DNA from: a virus | Direction: 5' to 3' (one strand) | IMG/VR virus record: IMGVR_UViG_3300025888_000011 | Location: 77,153-141,152 of that record | Length of the DNA stretch: 64,000 nt | Part shown: piece after piece, positions 9,451-18,624 of the stretch | Numbering within the stretch: the stretch's first letter is position 1 | Layout: each line of letters starts with the position of its first letter | Program-made: the position numbers and the translations under genes | The notes under the pieces: generated by a model | The model's input: only the letters and a program-made list of their open reading frames with translations | What the model was told of the DNA's origin: nothing | The model's database searches: none

Positions 9451-10578
9451 ATGGGATTGAGTATTAACAAAATATCATTTAAAAAATGGTGTATGGATAA
9501 CTTATCAAAAAAAGAAGCAAACAATATTTTAGACAGATGGGATTATGAATTAAATAATAAAAAACCTGATGAAATTGGATATAGTTCAAAAGGAGAAAAC
9601 AATAAAGGATATTGGTTTAAGTGCTTAGAGCATCTTGAACATGGAAGTGAATTAAAAAATATTAAGAATTTCGTATATGGACATAAGAAAAGTATAGATT
9701 GTTACCAATGTAATTCTTTTGCTCAGTGGGGAATCGACAATATATGTAGTGATTTCTTAGAAAAATATTGGGATTATAATAAAAATGATAAACTAGAACT
9801 AAATCCTTGGGAAATATCTAAATGTGTATATAAGGAAGTTTGGATATTTTGTAAAAACAAAGATAAGCCTCATCATGGAAGCTACATTATAGGATGTGGT
9901 TATTTTGTAAAAGGTAGACGTTGTCCTTATTGTAGTCATAGAGGTGGAAAAACCCATCCATTAGATAGTTTTGGTCAATACATAATAGATAATCATGGAG
10001 TTAAATTTTTAATTGACATATGGTCTGATAAAAATAAGGTATCTCCTTTTGAATATGCACCAGGAAGTAATTATAAAGTTTGGTGGAAATGTTTAGATAA
10101 TAAACACGATGATTATTTAAGAGAGATAAGCAGTTCAAATAGATTTGAATATCGTTGCCCTGACTGTGTTCAAGAAAGAAATGAAAGTTTACTTGAAGAA
10201 AAGACTAGACTATATTTAAATGAGTTGGGATATGATATTTTACATGAGCGTCATTGCACTATTATCCCTAAAAATCCTAAAACAAAAATGCCTTTACCTT
10301 TTGATAATGAAATAAATATAAATGGAATAAAACTTATTTTGGAGGTTCATGGAATTCAGCATTACAAATTATGTGGATTTCATATTTTAGCATCTAAACA
10401 TAATAATACAACACCAGAGTATGAATTTCATATGCAAAAAGTAAGAGATAAATATAAAAGTTATGTAGCATATAGAAATGGTTATAAGTATATTGCTATT
10501 CCATATACTTCTGACAATAAAAAGGAAAAATATAAAACTTTAATTGATAATAAGATTAAAAAAATACAAAATAAGTAG
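9451..10578 (+). CDS. Free-standing putative homing endonuclease (zinc-ribbon repeats plus PD-(D/E)XK/Vsr-like domain)
   Basis: Repeated WDY..N / W.KC..H / CxxC units; C-terminal PFDNE..ILEVHGIQHY..IPY. Confidence 0.7.
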   Translation: MGLSINKISFKKWCMDNLSKKEANNILDRWDYELNNKKPDEIGYSSKGENNKGYWFKCLEHLEHGSELKNIKNFVYGHKKSIDCYQCNSFAQWGIDNICSDFLEKYWDYNKNDKLELNPWEISKCVYKEVWIFCKNKDKPHHGSYIIGCGYFVKGRRCPYCSHRGGKTHPLDSFGQYIIDNHGVKFLIDIWSDKNKVSPFEYAPGSNYKVWWKCLDNKHDDYLREISSSNRFEYRCPDCVQERNESLLEEKTRLYLNELGYDILHERHCTIIPKNPKTKMPLPFDNEININGIKLILEVHGIQHYKLCGFHILASKHNNTTPEYEFHMQKVRDKYKSYVAYRNGYKYIAIPYTSDNKKEKYKTLIDNKIKKIQNK

Positions 10579-10588
10579 GTGAAATAAT

Positions 10589-11131
10589 TTGAGCAACGTT
10601 TCCATGAAATTTCGTAATATAACAAAAATAAAAAATGGTATTATTAATTTAATTTCACACGACAATAAAATCAAGAGGTACGTCTTATATCTTACGAGAG
10701 AGCCTTTAAATTTGTCAGCTTATGATACATCTAGTATTTTACAAGACCAACCAGATGTTGAAATTGATTTGGTTTTTGGAGACCCACATATTTATGGTTC
10801 AAGTTTTAATGATGTTGTATTAAGTGCATCACAAGTTACAATATTTGTACATAGATATATGGGAGACCTTACTGGGAAAGCACTTGGCATAAATACTCTA
10901 ATAGTGGATATAGTAACTCCTTTGGAATTCAATATTTTAAATGAAACTGAAGACCGTAATTCTGCCATAGCATGTTCTATATGCGATTTGGTCGACGATA
11001 CATCAATTGGAGTAGGAAAAGCAAGTGTTGTTAAATATACTGAGTCAAGATACAGTCTTACTGATAATAATTATGAGATTCTTAGTTTATTCATAGAAGT
11101 TTCCACATCAAATTTAAGAGTTAATAAATAG
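10589..11131 (+). CDS. Putative tail completion/terminator protein
   Basis: 180 aa, AGGTG RBS, synteny before tail tube. Confidence 0.4.
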   Translation: MSNVSMKFRNITKIKNGIINLISHDNKIKRYVLYLTREPLNLSAYDTSSILQDQPDVEIDLVFGDPHIYGSSFNDVVLSASQVTIFVHRYMGDLTGKALGINTLIVDIVTPLEFNILNETEDRNSAIACSICDLVDDTSIGVGKASVVKYTESRYSLTDNNYEILSLFIEVSTSNLRVNK

Positions 11132-11168
11132 AATAAATAAAGTAAATAGAACAAGTAGGTGATTATTT

Positions 11169-11939
11169 ATGTTAGAGAATATTTTAAATGAACCATATGA
11201 ATTAATTGAAATAGACAAAGAAACAAATGAAATAAAAAATGAAATATATATTTATCCTATTATTATTAAAGATTATTTTAAATTTCAAATATTAACAAGA
11301 TTATTATATGTGAGTAAAGGTAATTTTTCAGAAACAGAAATTCCTTTATTAGATTTAATTGTATTTCATTTAATTGATGTTGAATTAACTGACGAACAAA
11401 ATATTATTAATAGAAATGATAGAATAAAAGAATTAGAACAAGTGTTTTCAATAATTATTAGAAAAGAAATACATTTTTATGAAGATAAAACACATTATCA
11501 ATTTATTTCAGATGATAAGAAAAGTATAATACATAATTTAAATTACAATGAAATTAGAACAATAATAATGAATCAAAATTTAATGTTTGAGCCTAAGATT
11601 TATAAAAATAAATTAGTGCAAGAATGGGCAGATTCAACTTTAAATGCAAAAATGAAAAATCAGCCCAAGATTGGAATGGAAGAGATGTTATCAACTATTT
11701 CTGTGAAAACAGGTAAACATTATTGGGATTTAAAAGAATATAGTATTTATCAAATCTATAGTGATTTTTATAGATTAAGAAAAGACAAAAATTATGATAC
11801 AAGTTACGCAATGAAATTACAAGGAGTTGATATAAGTATAGAAGATTTTGCAGAATGTCTAGATTTATATAAAAATCCTTATGATAGTGTATTTGTTGAT
11901 GATGGGAAATTAGACCAAATAAAAAATGTTTGTAAATAG
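11169..11939 (+). CDS. Tail-region hypothetical protein (possible assembly chaperone)
   Basis: 256 aa; C-terminal YWDLKEYSIYQIY pattern typical of tail chaperone-like proteins. Confidence 0.4.
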   Translation: MLENILNEPYELIEIDKETNEIKNEIYIYPIIIKDYFKFQILTRLLYVSKGNFSETEIPLLDLIVFHLIDVELTDEQNIINRNDRIKELEQVFSIIIRKEIHFYEDKTHYQFISDDKKSIIHNLNYNEIRTIIMNQNLMFEPKIYKNKLVQEWADSTLNAKMKNQPKIGMEEMLSTISVKTGKHYWDLKEYSIYQIYSDFYRLRKDKNYDTSYAMKLQGVDISIEDFAECLDLYKNPYDSVFVDDGKLDQIKNVCK

Positions 11940-12007
11940 AACTAATTATGGTTTTATTTAACATATATAAAATAAAATAATATAAAATACAAGGAGGAAT
12001 AATTAAT

Positions 12008-12629
12008 ATGATAGCAGATATTTTTAAAGTACTATTAATTGATAATGCAACTGGTGAAACATTTGCAAGAACAACATTGGAATCAGCTTCAATAGAAATA
12101 AAAGAAGAGTCAAACGAGGTGGAAGGTGGAGGTTCAGTTTATGCTATAATTCATAATGGAAAAAAAGAAACTATCGCATTGTCAGATGTAGAAGTCGACT
12201 TTGGCATTATAGCTAAACAACTTGGAGTAGACGCAGTTACAGGAGCAACAATAGCTTATGCTATGCCTAAATTTTATACAGTAGAAACAGGTTTAATAAT
12301 AACATTAGATAATGAACCATTAGTAGGTTCAATGTCTATATTTACAGAAGCAGGAGTTCCTATATTGGCAGTGGGTATTACATCAACTGTTGGAAAAGTA
12401 GTTACTCTTGCAACAGGTGTAGTAGGAGACCAAATAGAAGTAAGAACATATAAATATCTTACTGGAGTGACAACTCAGTCTATAGAAATAAACAATACAA
12501 AGTTTGCAAAAGGTGTTACTGCTGTACTTGAAACAATAGAGATAACTCCTGAAGAAGTTCCTATAAATATCATTCAATTTATCTTTGATAGTTGTGCTTT
12601 TGATGGTGGATTTAAAATTGATACAAAGA
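12008..12629 (+). CDS. Putative major tail (tube) protein, exon 1
   Basis: AAGGAGG RBS, highly expressed codon usage, beta-rich; frame enters intron after GGFKIDTK; exact junction uncertain (12622-12630). Confidence 0.6.
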
Positions 12630-13061
12630 TAATAAGATGGTTGCACAAACTATCTTAGCCTCGTACATTCAGAAATGAGTGTAGGACACAGATTTAATTG
12701 CAGGTAACTCCCAAGAGCCTTACACCACAATATAACTGAAAAGATTATATGAAGGTACGAAAGTAGAAAAAACGTAAGGATGGATATAAGGTTAAATCCT
12801 AAGTATCTGATAATATTCTACATATTATAAAACGGATGTTCATGCAGGTAAGCACCTAATGAGTAGAAATACTACGGTGAAACTTCAACGACTATCCTTG
12901 AAATAGGAGTAAAGCCACAAGCGATTGGTGGAAGAAAAAGTCTGCCCTTAACAAATAATGTTGAAGGTGAAGAAATAGTCTACTCACGTTGAGAAATCAA
13001 GTGGTCACTTAATTAACTAGAGTGACATTTATGGAGTAGCGTTCATGAGTAAATATAAAGG
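12630..13061 (+). ncRNA. Group I intron 2 (ORF-less, IA-like) in tail tube gene
   Basis: P7 TCAACGACTA (12885-94)/AAATAGTCT (12973-81); P4 TGCAGG..CATGCA; long blocks shared with intron 5; boundaries uncertain by a few nt. Confidence 0.85.
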
Positions 13062-13165
13062 CAAAACGTGACGCAGTAAAGCATGACATTGGACTTAAAG
13101 TGTTGAAAAAGAGAAGTAAGGACTCAGTTGGCAAGATTCTTAGAATTCCAATAGCAACAGTATAA
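13062..13165 (+). CDS. Putative major tail protein, exon 2 (not in ORF track)
   Basis: (A/T)KRDAVKHDIGLKVLKKRSKDSVGKILRIPIATV-stop follows the intron terminal G. Confidence 0.75.
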
Positions 13166-13183
13166 AATAAAATAATATAAATA

Positions 13184-13212
13184 TTGACATTATAGTAAAA
13201 GTGACATATAAT
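13184..13212 (+). promoter_or_regulatory. Sigma-A type promoter for endonuclease gene
   Basis: Perfect TTGACA-N17-TATAAT. Confidence 0.8.
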
Positions 13213-13322
13213 AGAATTAGAGGATAGATAAGGAGTAGCTCTTCATATCGAAAACACATTTCTCCAAATGTGTTCCTCTGTTTTACAAATGGAGGAATAA
13301 TTATTTGGAGGTAATTAATAAA

Positions 13323-14762
13323 ATGTCTAAAAAGAAAACAATAAAACAATATAAAAATGAAGTATATAAATTGGTAAATACAGAGTATGATATATTAGGT
13401 GATTACAATGGAAATAAAATTAATATACAAATGAGACATAACAATGAAAGTTGTAGTAATTTTGAATTTCCAATGAGTCCTAATAGTTTTTTAAGAGGTC
13501 AGAGGTGTCCTAAGTGTAGTGGAAGAATGAAGAAAACAACTGAGCAATTTAAGAAAGAAGTCTTTAAAATTGAAGGTGAAAAATATGATGTTTTAGGTGA
13601 TTATATAAATAATCACACTAAAATATTAATGCGACATAATTGTGAAAAATGTAATAATCATGAATATGATGTAACTCCAAAGGATTTTTTATTTGGGTAT
13701 AGATGTCCTAAATGTTTTGGTACTCCTTTAAAAACACAAGAGGAATTTGAAACAGAAGTATATAGTTTGGTACAAGATAAATATACTGTTTTAGGAAAGT
13801 ATAAAACTAATAAGACTAAAATATTAATGAAGCATAATTGTAAAGAGTGTGATAGTTTTGAATTTGAAATGTCTCCTAACTCTTTTTTAAGTAAAAATCA
13901 ACGATGTCCAAAATGTGGTGGCACTATGTTAAAGACCGATGAGCAGTTTAAAAGTGAGGTTTTTAATCTCGTAAAAGTTGAGTATGTAGTATTAGAAAAA
14001 TATATAGGTGCACATACTAAAATTTTATTTAAACACAATTCAGATAAATGTAATAATCATGAATTTCCAATGACTCCTGATAGTTTCTTATCTGGAGAGC
14101 AAAGATGTCCAAAGTGTGGTGGAACAAAAAAGAAAACAGATAAAGAATTCAAGCAACAAATATTTAGTTTAGTTGGTGATGAATACACAGTCTTAGAAGA
14201 ATATATAAATGATAGTACTAAAATAATGTTTAGACATAATAATAAAGGATGTGGTAATTATGAATATCCAGTGAAGCCTAACTCTTTCTTAAATGGACAC
14301 AGATGTCCTAAATGTAATGAATCTAAAGGTGAACAAGCAATAAGACATTACTGTAAAGATAATAATATAAATTTTACTCCACAATATATTTATGAAGACT
14401 TATTATCTGACTTAGGTAATCCATTAAAGTATGATTTTGCAATATTTAATGATATAAATAAAATAGATTTAAAATATCTAATAGAATATGATGGAGAATT
14501 CCATTATAAAGTTATAAAATATAAAAATGAAACTATAGAATGGGCTGAAGCAAAATTTGCAAAACAAAAATATCATGACAAATTAAAAAATGAATATTGT
14601 ATTGAAAATAATATAGAATTATTAAGAATACCATATTGGGAATTTGATAATTTAGAAAGAATATTAACAGATTATTTAATACACGGAAAAGAAATAAGTG
14701 AATTGGGAATAAGAGAATACATTGATGATATTGAGATTAATAATATTGCATGTAATAGCTAA
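13323..14762 (+). CDS. Free-standing putative homing endonuclease, five tandem Zn-binding repeats plus Vsr/DUF559-like nuclease
   Basis: Five ~67 aa repeats ending RCPKC; YDFAI..IEYDGEFHY..LLRIPYW; GGAGG RBS favours ATG 13323. Confidence 0.75.
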   Translation: MSKKKTIKQYKNEVYKLVNTEYDILGDYNGNKINIQMRHNNESCSNFEFPMSPNSFLRGQRCPKCSGRMKKTTEQFKKEVFKIEGEKYDVLGDYINNHTKILMRHNCEKCNNHEYDVTPKDFLFGYRCPKCFGTPLKTQEEFETEVYSLVQDKYTVLGKYKTNKTKILMKHNCKECDSFEFEMSPNSFLSKNQRCPKCGGTMLKTDEQFKSEVFNLVKVEYVVLEKYIGAHTKILFKHNSDKCNNHEFPMTPDSFLSGEQRCPKCGGTKKKTDKEFKQQIFSLVGDEYTVLEEYINDSTKIMFRHNNKGCGNYEYPVKPNSFLNGHRCPKCNESKGEQAIRHYCKDNNINFTPQYIYEDLLSDLGNPLKYDFAIFNDINKIDLKYLIEYDGEFHYKVIKYKNETIEWAEAKFAKQKYHDKLKNEYCIENNIELLRIPYWEFDNLERILTDYLIHGKEISELGIREYIDDIEINNIACNS

Positions 14763-14874
14763 GCATACAACTTATTATTATCAGAATAATATAACATAGA
14801 ATTCGTCTTTTATTCAGAAATATTATCATTAAACAAATAACAATATAATAATATAAATAAAAAGGAGACTAAAT

Positions 14875-15213
14875 ATGATTGAATACATAAATAACACAAA
14901 TACATTTAAATTAAAATATTCTTCAGTTGTATATCCACCCTTCAATATCAATGTCAATACAATATATGATTGCACAATTGAAAATAATATATATTCTATA
15001 ATAATAAATAAAATAAAAAAGGATTTTAATGTAGAATATATAAAAGCATTATTTTCACCAATAGAAGGAAAATGGAGTGATTATATAAAAACTTTTGAAA
15101 TTCCAATTATAGAAAAAGAAGTTAATCCAAATATAGAAATTAAATCTGAACCTATTAAAAATAAAATTCCAATAATATCTGAAGTAATTATTCCAAAACC
15201 AATAGTTAAATAA
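14875..15213 (+). CDS. Hypothetical protein
   Basis: AGGAG RBS, 112 aa, followed by terminator hairpin 15226-15253. Confidence 0.6.
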   Translation: MIEYINNTNTFKLKYSSVVYPPFNINVNTIYDCTIENNIYSIIINKIKKDFNVEYIKALFSPIEGKWSDYIKTFEIPIIEKEVNPNIEIKSEPIKNKIPIISEVIIPKPIVK

Positions 15214-15413
15214 TCAAGTTGTTTGAAGACAATATAAAATGTATTGTCTTTTTCTTATATAGCCTAATATTTAGCTTCTTACAAAAGGCTTAAAATGTTA
15301 GGCTATATTTTTTGTTCTAATATACATTCTCTAAAAATGTATCTAAATTCAAGCTAATTAACTAGTTGGTTTGCATTTATATATATAAAATATAAAATTA
15401 AAGGAGGGAATTT

Positions 15414-16592
15414 ATGACATCGCAAGAAGCTTTACAAAGTGCAATAGAATTATCTATAGCAAGCGTAACAGGAAATGGTACAACAAAAGTATCTCTAAAT
15501 TGTCAATATCCTATATTTGATATTGCATTAGATGTAAATTTAAAATTTGATATATTAATATATCCAACAGTTGAATTTCCTATAAATAAAATAATTGCAG
15601 TTAAAATAGGGAGTAATCCTCAAGCATTTTTTACAGTAAGTTCTAACTCAAAAGCTTTATGGTTATCCGAATTAATGGGAATTACAAGAGAATTATTTAA
15701 TATAAAAGTTACAGAAACTATTGAGTTTGAATTCCAAAATCCTGAATTAGTGCAATTTAAATTAATTACTGCATTAGATGGTAATTTTGGAAATGCTATA
15801 GATATTGTAAATAATGGATTAACAAGTGAACAGTTTCTTATTAAAGCAACAAGTATAAATCCATCCGATGAAAGTTCTGTTTCTGCTATAAGAAATGCAA
15901 TAGATAATACTACTTCTGTTGTTACAAATAATGGAACAAATGTAATAACTGTAAATAATATTTACCCTATATTTGGTAGTCAATTACCTATGACTTATAT
16001 AGTAGACAGTTTAATTACTTTTGAAAAAATATTACCTATGGGTAGTGAAATATTTATTAAACATAATGGAGTATTTTATAAAAAAGTAATAACAACTAAG
16101 AATTTTAAAAATATATGGTTTAGTGATTTAGTAGAAGACACAAGAGGAGCTTTATTTTCAAAAGTTACTGAAGAATACGAATTCACATTTGTATATGACC
16201 AAAGTATCAATATTAAATTAATCACAGGAGAATTAACTAATTTTACAAACTGTAACGTTGTTGTAAATCAATTAACATATGGATTATTTGAAGTAGCAAA
16301 TAGTAATTCACTTATCAGTAACCCTATTATTTTAAACGACTGTAATTTTGTAATTACTTATGAAGATTACGAAAGAATAATAAAAAGTGCGAGACTAGAA
16401 TTAGGCAATGACCAATATATTAACATAGATTATGTGATGGATAATTCAACCACTCCTCCTAAAAAGTATATGAGAATTTCCCATTTAGATGAAAACTATA
16501 ATGTAGAGATAAATCTTTTAATGGATATGAAAGGGATAGTTAATTATTTAGAACTATTAAAAGATATGGCAAGAGGATTATATGTTAAATAA
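15414..16592 (+). CDS. Hypothetical (virion-associated?) protein with internal duplication
   Basis: AGGAGG RBS; two similar halves (YPIF..LWLSEL..FKLITA / YPIF..IWFSDL..IKLITG). Confidence 0.6.
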   Translation: MTSQEALQSAIELSIASVTGNGTTKVSLNCQYPIFDIALDVNLKFDILIYPTVEFPINKIIAVKIGSNPQAFFTVSSNSKALWLSELMGITRELFNIKVTETIEFEFQNPELVQFKLITALDGNFGNAIDIVNNGLTSEQFLIKATSINPSDESSVSAIRNAIDNTTSVVTNNGTNVITVNNIYPIFGSQLPMTYIVDSLITFEKILPMGSEIFIKHNGVFYKKVITTKNFKNIWFSDLVEDTRGALFSKVTEEYEFTFVYDQSINIKLITGELTNFTNCNVVVNQLTYGLFEVANSNSLISNPIILNDCNFVITYEDYERIIKSARLELGNDQYINIDYVMDNSTTPPKKYMRISHLDENYNVEINLLMDMKGIVNYLELLKDMARGLYVK

Positions 16593-18303
16593 TATTGGAA
16601 TGTCTAGTGGTGGAGGTATAGCTAAGGGAAATATCTTACCTTTACATGAAAATAGTTATCATGGAATGATATTCGTATGGCTAGAAGACAATTTATCTGA
16701 ACCTAAATTAATGCAATATAATGCAATTTTAAGAAAATGGAATCCTGTAGGTTCAAGCAATAATGGAGGAATTTTCATTACAAACGTTCGACCACAAGAT
16801 TCTGCTGAAAATGTATCAAATAAAATTTATGGAGATGTTGAAAATGTAAAATTAGATAGTATTATAAGTACAACATCTAAGGTTATCGTTGATGTTTTAT
16901 TAATTACAGGATGGAAAAACTATGTGCCAAATGCAACTGTTAATAATGTTCCTTTAATAAATGTAGTTAAGATGCTAGATAGACCATTATTTACAGCGAA
17001 TATATTATTGGATTTAGAAAGTTCAAATATCCTTAAAGCAGTACATGAAGACGGAGCATATCATCAAGTAAATGTATCCTATAATAAATTACCTAAAATT
17101 ACATCTGCATTATTTATAGGGAATTATCCTATTGAAAATATGGTAGAACAATCAGAGTTAAAGGAAAATGATTTAGTACAAATAAAAATTCAAACAGATA
17201 AGCCTGTAATTAGAGCAGAAATTTCAAATTATGGGGCATGTAAATCTCAAATTTTCACATTCTCAGAGTCAGATGATATTTCTATTAGTAATATATTAAT
17301 TGCTAATAGAGGAAATACTGTGCAAGATTTACCTATAAAATTAAGAGTTCAATCTAATGATGGTGGATGGAGTGATTGGTATACTTCTGATATTACAGGG
17401 AATATAGAAAAGGTTAATTTAGTAAAAATAAATAATTTACATCCTATTATAAATGTTACTGGTATTAATTATCCAATTAATCAACAAGCTTTGAAAGGAA
17501 TAGAACAAGCTACTATCATTCATACTGTAAGTAATTATGATAGTATTACATATGAAAGTGTTAATGCTGAATTAATTATTGAAAATCACACTATATTTGA
17601 AAGTAATAAAACTGTGAGTAGAATAAATGGTGGTTATAATGTCAGCATAAATAATTTTAGAATTACTGCTAATAGAATAGCAAATAATGCTAGTACAATT
17701 ATTAATAAAGTTGTAAATATAGCAAACATAGACCCAATAATAACAATACAAGAACAATATATTAGATTGCGTTCATCCGAAACAGGAAGTAATTATTGGA
17801 TTAAGTTAATATCAAGTCAAAAACTATTAGAAACTCCAAGTTTAAGTAGTCCCGTGGGAACATTTGTTGGAAACTTCACTACCAGTGATGATATTACATG
17901 GAGTAAAACTATTAGTATTTCAGATACAGATAATAAAGGAAATTTTAATTATATATCAATGTCTGCAAAGAATTTAGCTGGGAAAGTTGAGACTGCAATA
18001 ACTGGTGATGATGTGATAATTATTGGTGGTATGACTAGTAGAAAACTTACATTTCCTGCATTCCAAAGTACGGTTTGCATAGGTGCAAAAGTTGAGAATA
18101 CGAGTAAAATATCTGTAATTGATTTATCAGGATATGTGTTTACTTATCAAAATAGTTTTTCTAATAATCCTCTTACTTTTACTATTGTAGATTTGAATGG
18201 AGTATTGGATAATAAGGGAGATTATTTAAAAATTACAGACCTAAATATAGTAAATCAGAACTCAACCTCAAATTATTATATCAATTTTGAAGAAATTATA
18301 TAA
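16582..18303 (+). CDS. Beta-rich hypothetical virion protein
   Basis: 573 aa, overlaps upstream gene, Ig-like composition. Confidence 0.55.
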   Translation: MLNNIGMSSGGGIAKGNILPLHENSYHGMIFVWLEDNLSEPKLMQYNAILRKWNPVGSSNNGGIFITNVRPQDSAENVSNKIYGDVENVKLDSIISTTSKVIVDVLLITGWKNYVPNATVNNVPLINVVKMLDRPLFTANILLDLESSNILKAVHEDGAYHQVNVSYNKLPKITSALFIGNYPIENMVEQSELKENDLVQIKIQTDKPVIRAEISNYGACKSQIFTFSESDDISISNILIANRGNTVQDLPIKLRVQSNDGGWSDWYTSDITGNIEKVNLVKINNLHPIINVTGINYPINQQALKGIEQATIIHTVSNYDSITYESVNAELIIENHTIFESNKTVSRINGGYNVSINNFRITANRIANNASTIINKVVNIANIDPIITIQEQYIRLRSSETGSNYWIKLISSQKLLETPSLSSPVGTFVGNFTTSDDITWSKTISISDTDNKGNFNYISMSAKNLAGKVETAITGDDVIIIGGMTSRKLTFPAFQSTVCIGAKVENTSKISVIDLSGYVFTYQNSFSNNPLTFTIVDLNGVLDNKGDYLKITDLNIVNQNSTSNYYINFEEII

Positions 18304-18333
18304 ATAACAATAATATAAAATGGAGTGATTATT

Positions 18334-18528
18334 ATGAATGAAAATAAAAAAGTTTTTCCTTGTTACAGTATGCCTTTGTACAAATTCCTAAAATATAATG
18401 GATTAAGATATGAAATAACAGGTAAAAACGTTGAAACAGATAAATTATTCTATCTTTATATGTATGATGAGAAACTTAAATGTCTATTAAAGAAATGGAC
18501 AGAAGAAGGTTTGGAATTAAAAAAATAA
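18334..18528 (+). CDS. Small DUF5659-like protein
   Basis: FPCYSMPLYKFL..NG.RY..T.K.FYLY..W pattern; GGAG RBS; followed by terminator. Confidence 0.65.
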   Translation: MNENKKVFPCYSMPLYKFLKYNGLRYEITGKNVETDKLFYLYMYDEKLKCLLKKWTEEGLELKK

Positions 18529-18556
18529 TAGTTAAAAACAAAATAATATAATATGC

Positions 18557-18590
18557 AAAAGAGTTAATCAATTTGGTTGGCTCTTTTATT
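18557..18590 (+). terminator. Intrinsic terminator between small ORF and endonuclease
   Basis: AAAAGAGTTAATCA/TGGTTGGCTCTTTT stem plus T tract. Confidence 0.65.
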
Positions 18591-18624
18591 ATGTAGTTTT
18601 ATAAAAAATAGATAAATTAAAGGA

